Assembly: GCA_022750375.1 (NCBI GenBank) | Contig: JAKIVU010000005.1 | Location: 4,288-68,287, forward strand | Reading direction: 5' to 3' | Length of the DNA: 64,000 nucleotides | DNA from: Thermoplasmata archaeon | GTDB lineage: Archaea > Thermoplasmatota > Thermoplasmata > Lutacidiplasmatales > UBA184 | Shown: one piece after another, positions 45,803 to 54,392 of the stretch | Position numbering within the stretch: position 1 is the first letter of the stretch | Layout of the letters: the number at the start of each line of letters is the position of its first letter | Program-made: the position numbers and the translations under genes | The notes under the pieces: model-generated | Databases searched by the model: none | The model's input: only the letters and a program-made list of their open reading frames with translations | What the model was told of the DNA's origin: nothing

Positions 45803-47458
45803 ATGGCCGGCGGATCCGTACGAGTGAAGATCCCTCGGGCCGGTGTGCCCGAGGCCGAAACCTCCCCCCTCGACACCTCCCGCTCCCTCGAGACCCCGAC
45901 CGACGTGCCGGGGACGTTCATCACGGCGATGCCCCCGCTCCCGGAGCCGACGATGAAGGAGCTCGAGGTGAACGCGGTGAACCCGCCGTACTCGTACTCG
46001 CGCGTCAGCTACAACGACCGGACGAAGGAGTACCTCTACGAGGTCATCGAACCCCAGCTCACGCCCCGCGAACGCCAGCTCGTCGACCACCTGAAGGCGA
46101 CGTTGTCGATGATCCTGGGCAGCGACGTCGGCACCCTCTCGACCGCCGACAAACGCCTGTACCTTCGGGGAGAGGCGGAGGAGTACTTCCGGAGCCGGGG
46201 GATCTCGCTCAGCCCGATCTCGATGGAACGGATCGTCTACTACGTGCTCCGCGATTTCGTCGGGTATGGGCCCGTCGACGCGTTGATCCTGGACCCCCAG
46301 GTCGAGGACATCTCGTGCGATGGCGTCGACGTCCCGTTGTTCATCTTCCACGGAAAGTACGAGTCGATGAAGACGAACGTCGTCTTCGCGGACGAGAACG
46401 CCACGAACTCGTTCATCGTCATGCTCGGCCAGCGGTGTTCGAAGTCCGTCAGCGTCTCCGCCCCGATCCTGGATGGGACGACCCCCGAGGGCCACCGGGT
46501 CCAGGCGACGTACGCCCGGGAGATCACGACCCGGGGAGCGAGCTTCACGATCCGCCGATTCAAGGAACGGCCGTTCACCCCCGTCGACCTCGTCGTCATG
46601 GGCAGCGCCAGCGAGGAGATGGTCGCCTACTTCTGGCTCGCGGCCGAGCAGGGGGAATCGCTCATCATCTGCGGCGGGCCGGCCGCGGGGAAGACCAGCA
46701 CGCTCAACGCCATCGCGCTCTTCATTCCCCCGACCGCGAAGATCGTATCGATCGAGGATACCCGCGAGGTCAACCTTCCGCACGAGAACTGGATCCCCGG
46801 GGCCACCCGCAGCGGCACCGGCGACCGCGGCCCCGACGGGAAAGCCGCGGGGGAGGTCGACATGTTCGACCTCGTTCGAGCCGCCCTGCGGCAGCGCCCG
46901 AACTACATCATCGTGGGAGAGGTCCGGGGCAAGGAGACGTACACCATGTTCCAGGCGATGGCGACGGGCCACACGACCTACTCGACCATGCACGCGGACA
47001 GCGTGAAATCGATGGTCAACCGGCTCGAGAACCCGCCGATCAACACGCCGCGGATCCTCCTCTCCGCCCTGAACAACGTCATCATCCAGATCCAGACCCG
47101 CACCGACAAGGGCGTCGTCCGGCGCCTGAAGCAGGTGCTCGAGATCGTCGGGTTCGAACCCGAGACGAACGAGCTGATCACGAACACCGTCTACGAGTGG
47201 GACCCCGCGACCGACGGATTCGTGTTCAAGGGGCACTCGTTCCTGTTCGACAAGATCATGGAACTCAAGAACTTCACACCGGACGAGATGGAGGCCGAGT
47301 TCCAGCGCCGGAGCGCGGTCATCCGATACCTCGTCCAGCACCAGATCACCGACTACCGTCAGCTCTGGCGGACGATCGCGCAGTACTACCGGGACCCGGC
47401 CGAGGTCATGGCGCGGATCGGTGCGTTGAGCGCCACCGCCACCCCCAAGGAGGGATAG
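45803..47458 (+). CDS. type II/IV secretion-family ATPase (FlaI/PilB/TadA-like), copy 1
   Basis: 551 aa. Walker A ICGGPAAGKTSTLNA, IVSIEDTREVNL, Walker B IIVGEVRGKE, and His box TTYSTMHA. Confidence 0.9.
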   Translation: MAGGSVRVKIPRAGVPEAETSPLDTSRSLETPTDVPGTFITAMPPLPEPTMKELEVNAVNPPYSYSRVSYNDRTKEYLYEVIEPQLTPRERQLVDHLKATLSMILGSDVGTLSTADKRLYLRGEAEEYFRSRGISLSPISMERIVYYVLRDFVGYGPVDALILDPQVEDISCDGVDVPLFIFHGKYESMKTNVVFADENATNSFIVMLGQRCSKSVSVSAPILDGTTPEGHRVQATYAREITTRGASFTIRRFKERPFTPVDLVVMGSASEEMVAYFWLAAEQGESLIICGGPAAGKTSTLNAIALFIPPTAKIVSIEDTREVNLPHENWIPGATRSGTGDRGPDGKAAGEVDMFDLVRAALRQRPNYIIVGEVRGKETYTMFQAMATGHTTYSTMHADSVKSMVNRLENPPINTPRILLSALNNVIIQIQTRTDKGVVRRLKQVLEIVGFEPETNELITNTVYEWDPATDGFVFKGHSFLFDKIMELKNFTPDEMEAEFQRRSAVIRYLVQHQITDYRQLWRTIAQYYRDPAEVMARIGALSATATPKEG

Positions 47459-47463
47459 CGACC

Positions 47464-48441
47464 GTGCCCGCGACTGCCACGCTCCCGGCATCCGGAGTCA
47501 CCCGCGTGGCCGCCGACCCGGCCGTCCGTCCGGTCCGGCTGAAGCGAGGGCAGCAGCCGACCCACTCCACCCTGACCGGATTCCAGCGGTGGGCGTGGAG
47601 GACGTTCCGGGCCCGCGTGCTCGCGAAGCCCCCGGACCCGGTCCTCGAGGAGAACCTGGTCAAGGCCCATATGCGGATCCGGGCCGACGAGTTCATGGCG
47701 ACCGTCTACGCGACGACGGTGGTGGTGGCGATCGCGACGATCGTCGCGGGCGCCGTGATCGGTTTCATCTTCATCGACATGGGACAGTTCCTCTTCGGGG
47801 TCCTCATCGCGGTCGCCCTCCCGGTGTTCGGCTCGCTCGGTTCGTTCTTCGGTCTCCAGGGCAGTCCGGGCGGCACGGCGAAATCCCGGGGCCGGAAGAT
47901 CGACCAGAAGATCAGCCCGGCGATGAGCTTCGTGAGCGCGATGGCGTCGGCCGACGTGAACGTCGACCAGATCTTCAAGGAGCTCGGACGCCAGAAGATC
48001 TACGGCGAGGTCGCGAACGAGGCGTCGTGGATCTCCCGCGACACCGAGCTGCTGGGCGTCGATATCCTGACCGCGATCCGCAACGGCGCGCAGCGCAGCC
48101 CGTCGAAGCGGTTCCAGGACTTCCTGCAGGGCGTCGTGACCACCGCGACGAGCGGCGGCCAGTTGAAGCCGTACTTCCTGCTCAAGGCCGAGCAGTACGA
48201 GCGGGAGAACAAGCTCGCGCAGCTCCAGCGCGTCGAGACGATGGGCCTGCTCGCGGAGACGTTCGTCACCGTCGTGGTGGCGTTCCCGCTGTTCCTGGTC
48301 ATCATCATCGCGATCTTCGCGATCATCGGCGGCGGCGGCACGTTCATGCTCGACATCCTCTGGGCGATCGTTGGCCTGATGATCCCGCTCTCCCAGTTCG
48401 GTTTCATTTTCTTTATGTATACGCTCGCGCAGGAGATGTAA
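47464..48441 (+). CDS. T2SSF-domain platform protein (FlaJ/TadB-like), half 1
   Basis: The GTG at 47464 is in frame with the end of the 708-aa track ORF. TM pair, cytoplasmic helical T2SSF domain (ISPAMSFVSAMASADVNVDQIFKELG...), and a C-terminal TM pair. Confidence 0.75.
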   Translation: MPATATLPASGVTRVAADPAVRPVRLKRGQQPTHSTLTGFQRWAWRTFRARVLAKPPDPVLEENLVKAHMRIRADEFMATVYATTVVVAIATIVAGAVIGFIFIDMGQFLFGVLIAVALPVFGSLGSFFGLQGSPGGTAKSRGRKIDQKISPAMSFVSAMASADVNVDQIFKELGRQKIYGEVANEASWISRDTELLGVDILTAIRNGAQRSPSKRFQDFLQGVVTTATSGGQLKPYFLLKAEQYERENKLAQLQRVETMGLLAETFVTVVVAFPLFLVIIIAIFAIIGGGGTFMLDILWAIVGLMIPLSQFGFIFFMYTLAQEM

Positions 48442-48442
48442 G

Positions 48443-49420
48443 ATGGCGACCGCAACGGTTCCGGCGTCCGTCCGCAAGGTCAAGTCGCTGACCAGCGCGG
48501 AGGTGAACACCGACGAGTCGTCCGGGATCACGCGAGAGACGTGGCTGCTGATCGGCGGCATGGCGGTCGCGATCGTGCTGTGGATCATCGCGGGACTCAA
48601 CTACACCGGGTCGGTGGACTGGGAGATGCGGCCCGGCGAAGGACCGGGAGCGAACCCGGCGATCGACTTCTTCGTCATCGGCCTGCTCGCCCTCATCGCC
48701 CCGTACGGGTTCGCGATGAGCGCGAAGCTCCGCCGCATCTCGAACATCGAAGAGCGACTCCCCGACTTTCTCCGCGACGTCGCCGAAGCCGGTCGGTTCG
48801 GGATGACCCTGCCCGACGCGATCGTCGTCGCGAGCGGGGGACGGTACGGCCTCCTGACAGACGAGATCAAGAAGATGGCGAGCCAGCTCGAGTGGGGCGT
48901 CCCCGTCGCCACCTCGCTCCGGCTCTTCGAGGAGCGCGTACCGACCCCGCTCGTCCAGCGGGTCGTCTCGATCATCACCCGGGCGAACGAAGCCGGCGGG
49001 AACGTCGCGGACGTGCTGACGATGGTCGCCCACGATACCCGCGAGGCCCAACTCGAGGCCCAGGGCCGTCAGATCTCGATGCTGACCTACGTGACGGTCA
49101 TCTACATCGCGTTCTTCGTCTTCCTCGTCACGATCTACATCATGGCGGCGGTCTTCCTGCCGCAGATGATCCTCGCCGGCCAGGGCGTCGCCTCGTCGTC
49201 CCTGTCGGGGGCGGGCGCCTTGACGCTGCAGTTCACCTTCGTGCCGGTCCTGTTCCTCGCGTTCATGGTCGCCGTCATCGTCCACGCGGTCGGGGACGGG
49301 GTCATGGCCGGGATCCTGTTCAACGGACGGATCGCGGAGGGCCTGCAGCACGCGACCATCATGCTCGCGACCGGCTGGCTGATCATGCGCTTCGTCGTGC
49401 CGATCCTGAACGTGGGGTAA
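48443..49420 (+). CDS. T2SSF-domain platform protein (FlaJ/TadC-like), half 2
   Basis: 325 aa. LPDFLRDVAEAGRFGMTLPDAI...VQRVVSIITRANEAGGNVADVL is a T2SSF domain flanked by TM helices. It starts 1 nt after the previous stop. Confidence 0.8.
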   Translation: MATATVPASVRKVKSLTSAEVNTDESSGITRETWLLIGGMAVAIVLWIIAGLNYTGSVDWEMRPGEGPGANPAIDFFVIGLLALIAPYGFAMSAKLRRISNIEERLPDFLRDVAEAGRFGMTLPDAIVVASGGRYGLLTDEIKKMASQLEWGVPVATSLRLFEERVPTPLVQRVVSIITRANEAGGNVADVLTMVAHDTREAQLEAQGRQISMLTYVTVIYIAFFVFLVTIYIMAAVFLPQMILAGQGVASSSLSGAGALTLQFTFVPVLFLAFMVAVIVHAVGDGVMAGILFNGRIAEGLQHATIMLATGWLIMRFVVPILNVG

Positions 49421-49433
49421 CGGAGCGGAATCG

Positions 49434-51206
49434 ATGGCAGGATCGGTCGCACCCCAACCCGAGGGCTCGGAGCCGGACGTGCCCGAGCCCGAGGAGATCC
49501 CCGCGGCGCGCAAGCGCAGTTCCTCCTCGGCGTGGCTCCGCCTCGGCGCCTCCATGCGCAAGGGGTCGTCCGACCCCCGCCCCGTCAAGCTCGCCCGACT
49601 CGGCGTCTCGGGCCAGGGCAGTCAGGGGGAGATCACCCCGATCCCTCCGCTCAACGACCCCGGTCTGAAGGAGCTCGATCTGGCCCCGATCCGTCCCGGT
49701 GTCTCGTTCATCCGGATCACGTACCACAACACGCGGAACGAGTACCTCTACGAGGTCATCGAGCCCCCGCTCTCCCCGATCGAGAAGGACCTGACCGAAC
49801 GGCTCCGGATCGTGCTCATCGACGACTTCCAGCCGCTCACCGAGATCGACCCCGAGTCGAAGCGTCGGGAGCTGCGTCGGATGGTCGACCACAAGCTCCA
49901 GGAGTGGGAGCTCGGCCCGGGCCCGACCACCAAGGGCCGGATCCTCTACCACCTCGAACGGGACTTCATCGGCTACGGGATCGTCGACGTCCCGATGACC
50001 GATACCGAGGTCGAGGACATCTCGTGCGACGGGGTCGGCATTCCCCTGTTCATCTACCACCGGAAGTACGGCTCGATCCGCTCGAACATGAAGTTCCACG
50101 ACTCGAAGGAGCTCGACGACTACGTCGTCTGGCTCGCCCAGCGGTCGGGGAAGCACATCTCCGTCGCGAGCCCGATCCTGGACGCGACCGTCCCGGACGG
50201 CTCCCGTCTCCAGGCGACGCTCGGAACCCACGTGACGAAGCGCGGCAGCTCGTTCACGATCCGCAGGTTCCGCGACAATCCGTTCACGCCGGTCGACCTG
50301 CTCAAGTTCAAGACGATGAGTCCGGAGATGATGGCGTATCTCTGGATCTCGATCGAGAACGGCCAGTCGATGATGGTCTGCGGCGGCACGGCGAGCGGCA
50401 AGACCACGACCCTCAACGCGACCCTCCTGTTCATCCCGCCGCAGATGAAGATCGTCTCGATCGAGGATACCCGCGAGCTCAACCTGCCGCACGAGAACTG
50501 GGTGCCGTCCCTTACGCGCGCCGGGTTCGGCGCGAAGAACCTCACGAGCGGGAAGGCCCCCGGCGAGATCGACATGTTCGACCTGCTGGCGGCGGCGCTC
50601 CGTCAGCGCCCCCAGTACCTGATGGTCGGAGAGGTGCGGGGCGCGGAGGCGTTCATCGTCTTCCAGGCGATGGCGACGGGGAAGACCTGCTACACCACGT
50701 TCCACGCGGAGAGCGTCAGCGCGATGGTCCACCGGATGGAGAACCCGCCGATCTCGCTGCCGCGCTCGCTCGTCTCGGCGCTGAACCTCGTGCTCCTCCA
50801 GCGGCAGGTGAAGGTCGGGACGAAGATGACCCGGCGCGTCCAGTCGCTCACCGAGATCGTCGGTCTCGACCCCGAGACGAACGAACTGATCACGAACTCC
50901 GTCTACTCGTGGAACCCCGCGGACGACACGTTCCTCTACAGCGGCCACTCGTACGTCTACGAGCGGGTCGCGATGATGAAGAACCTCTCGATGAAGGAGA
51001 TGGAGCGCGAGGTCCGCAACCGCGCAGAGATGATGGAGTACCTCGTCTTCCGTGACGCGCAGGCGACCCGCCTGAAGCCGTTCACGCACCGCGACGTCGG
51101 CCAGCTGGTCGCCTTCTACTACAAGGAGCCGGAACGGGCGCTCTCCGAAGCCCGCGCCGAGCTCGCGAAGGCGAAATCGGCGGCGCCGGCCCCCGCGGCG
51201 CGATAA
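49434..51206 (+). CDS. type II/IV secretion-family ATPase (FlaI/PilB/TadA-like), copy 2
   Basis: 590 aa. Walker A VCGGTASGKTTTLNA, IVSIEDTRELNL, LMVGEVRGAE and TCYTTFHA. Clearly paralogous to 45803-47458 along the whole core. Confidence 0.9.
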   Translation: MAGSVAPQPEGSEPDVPEPEEIPAARKRSSSSAWLRLGASMRKGSSDPRPVKLARLGVSGQGSQGEITPIPPLNDPGLKELDLAPIRPGVSFIRITYHNTRNEYLYEVIEPPLSPIEKDLTERLRIVLIDDFQPLTEIDPESKRRELRRMVDHKLQEWELGPGPTTKGRILYHLERDFIGYGIVDVPMTDTEVEDISCDGVGIPLFIYHRKYGSIRSNMKFHDSKELDDYVVWLAQRSGKHISVASPILDATVPDGSRLQATLGTHVTKRGSSFTIRRFRDNPFTPVDLLKFKTMSPEMMAYLWISIENGQSMMVCGGTASGKTTTLNATLLFIPPQMKIVSIEDTRELNLPHENWVPSLTRAGFGAKNLTSGKAPGEIDMFDLLAAALRQRPQYLMVGEVRGAEAFIVFQAMATGKTCYTTFHAESVSAMVHRMENPPISLPRSLVSALNLVLLQRQVKVGTKMTRRVQSLTEIVGLDPETNELITNSVYSWNPADDTFLYSGHSYVYERVAMMKNLSMKEMEREVRNRAEMMEYLVFRDAQATRLKPFTHRDVGQLVAFYYKEPERALSEARAELAKAKSAAPAPAAR

Positions 51207-51238
51207 GCGTATTCCCGCCGGCGCCTCGGACGCCCCCG

Positions 51239-52111
51239 ATGGACCGTCCGTTCGCCCGCCTCCCGACCGGTCGCGGCCGCACGGTCACGCTCTGGCACGA
51301 GGACGCGGTCGAGGGCATGGCCGGCCGGCTCGGACGGCGGCGCGCGGACGTGGTCGTCACGAGTCCCCCGTACAATCTCGGCGTGCCGTACCGCTCCTAC
51401 GCCGACTCGCGGCCGCGCGCGCAGTACCTCGCGTGGCTCGGGTCGGTCGCCGCCGCGGTCGACCGGGTCCTCGCCCGGAACGGTTCGTTCTTCCTGAACA
51501 TCGGCGGACGGCCGAAGGACCCGTGGCTTCCGTGGGACGTCGCGCGGGAGGTCGGCCGGCGTTTCGTGCTCCAGAATGTCGTCCACTGGGTCAAGTCGAT
51601 CGCGATCGACCGGGGGTCCGCGGGCCGCGCCGCCGCGCTCGAGGGAGACCTCGCGCTCGGCCACTACAAGCCGCTCGTTTCGGACCGGTACCTCCACGGG
51701 GCGCACGAGTACGTCTTTCAGTTCACCCGGCGGGGGGACGTCCGGCTCGACCGCCTGGCGATCGGCGTACCGTACCAGGACAAGTCGAACGTCGACCGGT
51801 GGCAGCGTGCCGGAACGGACAAGCGCTGCCGAGGGAACACGTGGTTCCTCCCGTACTCCACGATCCGCGAGCGCGCGCGAGACCGTCCCCATCCCGCGAC
51901 GTTCCCCCCGGAGCTCCCGGAGTGGTGCCTGCGACTCCACGGTCTCGGACGGGTCCGTCTCGCCGTGGACCCGTTCGTCGGGATCGGCGCCTCCGCGGTC
52001 GCGGCGGTGCGCTGCGGGGTGGATTTCGTCGGATTCGAACTGGACGCCGAGTACCTGCGGGTCGCGGCGACGCGCGTGCGGGCGGAGCGGCGGCCCGGGC
52101 GGCCGGCCTAG
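51239..52111 (+). CDS. DNA methyltransferase, N4/N6 (beta-class, SPPY motif IV before motif I)
   Basis: 290 aa. VVVTSPPYNLG (motif IV) near the N-terminus, HPATFPPELPEWC, and DPFVGIGASAVAA (motif I) near the C-terminus. Confidence 0.85.
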   Translation: MDRPFARLPTGRGRTVTLWHEDAVEGMAGRLGRRRADVVVTSPPYNLGVPYRSYADSRPRAQYLAWLGSVAAAVDRVLARNGSFFLNIGGRPKDPWLPWDVAREVGRRFVLQNVVHWVKSIAIDRGSAGRAAALEGDLALGHYKPLVSDRYLHGAHEYVFQFTRRGDVRLDRLAIGVPYQDKSNVDRWQRAGTDKRCRGNTWFLPYSTIRERARDRPHPATFPPELPEWCLRLHGLGRVRLAVDPFVGIGASAVAAVRCGVDFVGFELDAEYLRVAATRVRAERRPGRPA

Positions 52112-52533
52112 CCCTTCTCGTCGTCCCCGGTCGTCGGGGTCGACCACTCGCGCATCGGGGTCCGCTTGACGCCCGCGGCGCTCGCGAAGGCGTTCCGAGT
52201 CCCTTCTTTCGCCCGGTGACCGGCGCTCACGAAGGCGTCCCGCGTCGCGGCTCCGGCCTTGGAGGCGCTCGAGCCGATGGCGATGCCGGCGTTCGCGAAA
52301 TGCTGGGGGATCCGGCGCACCTCTTCGTCCATTCGCTTGCCGAGGGTCGCGAAATCGTCCTGGATGTCGAGCGCGAGGTACTTCGCTTCTTTGGCGGTGG
52401 TGTGACCGAGCTTCTCGATCTTCCGGTCGAGGTCAGTGAATTCGCTCGCGAAATCGCGGCCGATCCCTCCGGCGGCCCGCCGCATTTCGCTCAGGTGCTG
52501 GCGGAACTGGGCTTCATCTCGACTGTCGGACAC
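52108..52533 (-). CDS. small helical protein, unknown function (last gene of the AAA+/vWA operon; start uncertain)
   Basis: The GTG at 52533 gives a 141-aa Ala/Lys/Glu-rich helical protein. The upstream part of the 184-aa track ORF overlaps the vWA gene tail. Confidence 0.45.
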   Translation of the reverse strand: MSDSRDEAQFRQHLSEMRRAAGGIGRDFASEFTDLDRKIEKLGHTTAKEAKYLALDIQDDFATLGKRMDEEVRRIPQHFANAGIAIGSSASKAGAATRDAFVSAGHRAKEGTRNAFASAAGVKRTPMREWSTPTTGDDEKG

Positions 52534-52600
52534 GGTCTCTCCCGCCGGTCGAACCGGAGGTTCGGAAGATAAAGGTTGATGGGCACTGGCAACGGGGCCG

Positions 52601-54007
52601 CTATCCGCCCATCCGGCGGTCGGCGCGCCGGCGGCGCGCGGCGCCCGGACGCGACGCAGCACGAGGCGCCGGCGGGGGCGCAGCGGTAGCGGAGACCCGG
52701 CGCTCCGTCTCGGTCCCGTGCGCCCACCGGACGAGCAGCTCGACCCCGAGGCGGACGGGGTCGGTCACGACCAGCTCTCCGCCCATCGTGCGCGCGACGG
52801 TCCGGGCGGCTGTCTCGTATTCGGGATGGTCGCTTTTCAAGAGAATCACGGTCGACTTGAGCGGAGAGACCGTCGCGAGCTCCCGGGCGCGGTCGAGGGC
52901 GTGCTCCATCGCGACGTCGAGCTGCCCGGAGCGTACGCGCCCATCGCCGGCGGTGTACGCCTCCGGGAGTCCGTCGGTGATCAGGTAGAATTCGCGGCGC
53001 GTGGCGCGAGAGGCCCGCAGGAGGAGGTGGGCGGCCCGCAACGCCTCCGCGGTGTTCGTGAACGCCCCCGCCTTGCACTCCCACAGTTCCACGAGGTCGA
53101 GCACCTGGACCTCGTTGTCGAAAGCGAAGACGTCGACCGTGGCGTCCGGGTACCGGCGGCGGACCGCCACGTAGAGCGCGAGGAGCGCCTTCTTCGCGGC
53201 GTCGAGCTTTCCGTTCTCGCTCATGCTCCCCGACCGGTCGAAGGCGAGGACGATGTGCACCCGCTCGCTCGTCACCTCGCGGTAGACGTAGCTCGTGGCT
53301 TCGTCGATGTGCCGCTGGCCGGCGAGCCGGGCCGCGAGCAGCGAGCTCGGCAGGTCGAGCCGTGCGACCTCTTCGGCGCGCCGCAGGCGGGCTTTCTCGT
53401 AGACCCCGGTCGACCCTCCGCCCCGGAGGGAGAGGCGGATATCCCCGGGGAGGCGGCGGCTCTCCTCCTCCAGCAAGAGGCGGGCGAACCGTTCGACCAG
53501 CCCGTACGTGACGGCGAGTTCCCCTCCGCGCTCGGCGACGAAGCCGCGTTCCTTCAGCTCGCGTTCGAGTCGGTGCTCCTCGCCCGCGCGTACCCGGGCT
53601 TCCGTGTCGGCCGCCGCGCGCCGCTCCGCCTCGCGCCGTTCTTCCTCGAGCAGTCGGCGCTGGGTCTCGGCCGCCCGCCGCTTCTCCTCGGCGGCGCGTT
53701 CGAGCTCCCGTTCCTGGGTGCGGAGCGACCCGGAGACGGTCTGCGATAGTTCGTCCTTCTGGGGTCCGGAGAGCCGCGCCAGCGCGTCGCCGAGTTCGGA
53801 CGCTCCGAGCGCCCGCCCGTCGGGCGACGGCACCGCGATCGATACCCGTCGCTCCTTGCGGGGGGGAGGGGTCGGGCCCCGGCGCCCGAAGAGACCCTTG
53901 AGCCACGCGATCAAACGCGCGAAAGCGGCGCGGAGGCGGGCGCCGATCCCGGGTTTCGGTGGAGGCTGATTCCAGGAGGCGGCCGGGAGCAGCAGCGCCG
54001 CGCTCAC
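52601..54007 (-). CDS. vWA domain protein with charged coiled-coil N-region (coding frame probably extends upstream to about 54394, see findings)
   Basis: 468 aa from the first canonical start (GTG 54007). MIDAS VLAFDRSGSMSENGKL, with downstream ITDGLPE. Long Glu/Arg coiled-coil segment. Confidence 0.8.
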   Translation of the reverse strand: MSAALLLPAASWNQPPPKPGIGARLRAAFARLIAWLKGLFGRRGPTPPPRKERRVSIAVPSPDGRALGASELGDALARLSGPQKDELSQTVSGSLRTQERELERAAEEKRRAAETQRRLLEEERREAERRAAADTEARVRAGEEHRLERELKERGFVAERGGELAVTYGLVERFARLLLEEESRRLPGDIRLSLRGGGSTGVYEKARLRRAEEVARLDLPSSLLAARLAGQRHIDEATSYVYREVTSERVHIVLAFDRSGSMSENGKLDAAKKALLALYVAVRRRYPDATVDVFAFDNEVQVLDLVELWECKAGAFTNTAEALRAAHLLLRASRATRREFYLITDGLPEAYTAGDGRVRSGQLDVAMEHALDRARELATVSPLKSTVILLKSDHPEYETAARTVARTMGGELVVTDPVRLGVELLVRWAHGTETERRVSATAAPPPAPRAASRPGAARRRRADRRMGG

Positions 54008-54392
54008 TTCACCGAGGAGATTGTCCGGAAGGCGCGACCAGTCGATCGTGCGCGCCGCCCGGAGCCGCCCCTCGAGCTCGGCGATCCGCTGGGCGACCTC
54101 TTCGTCGCTCCTCCGCGCGACCCGGTCGAGCTCGACGCGACGGCGGTCGTAGTCTTCCTGGAGGCGAGTGGTCCGTCGGGCAGCTTGACGACGGAGACGT
54201 TCCCGGAGCCGGGCGAGACGGTCCGCGAGCTCCCGGTCCCGGGTCGCGGTATCCCGCAGGAGCCGACGGGCCCCGTCGATCCCCTCCTCGGCGAGGGCGC
54301 GGATCAGGGCGGCCCGCTCGACCGCGTCGAGGAGGTCGTCGGAGATGACGTCGTCCGCGAACTCGGCGCAGTCGGGCAGCTCGATCGCGTCG

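Noticed and set aside
45737-47491. 584-aa antisense ORF over secretion ATPase 1 (likewise 49383-51089 over ATPase 2, and 37392-39533 over the MVD and PaaA-like genes)
   Set aside because: The sense-strand proteins carry complete Walker, His-box and GHMP motifs. The antisense translations are low-complexity (R, G, D, P, V) and show inverted third-position bias.
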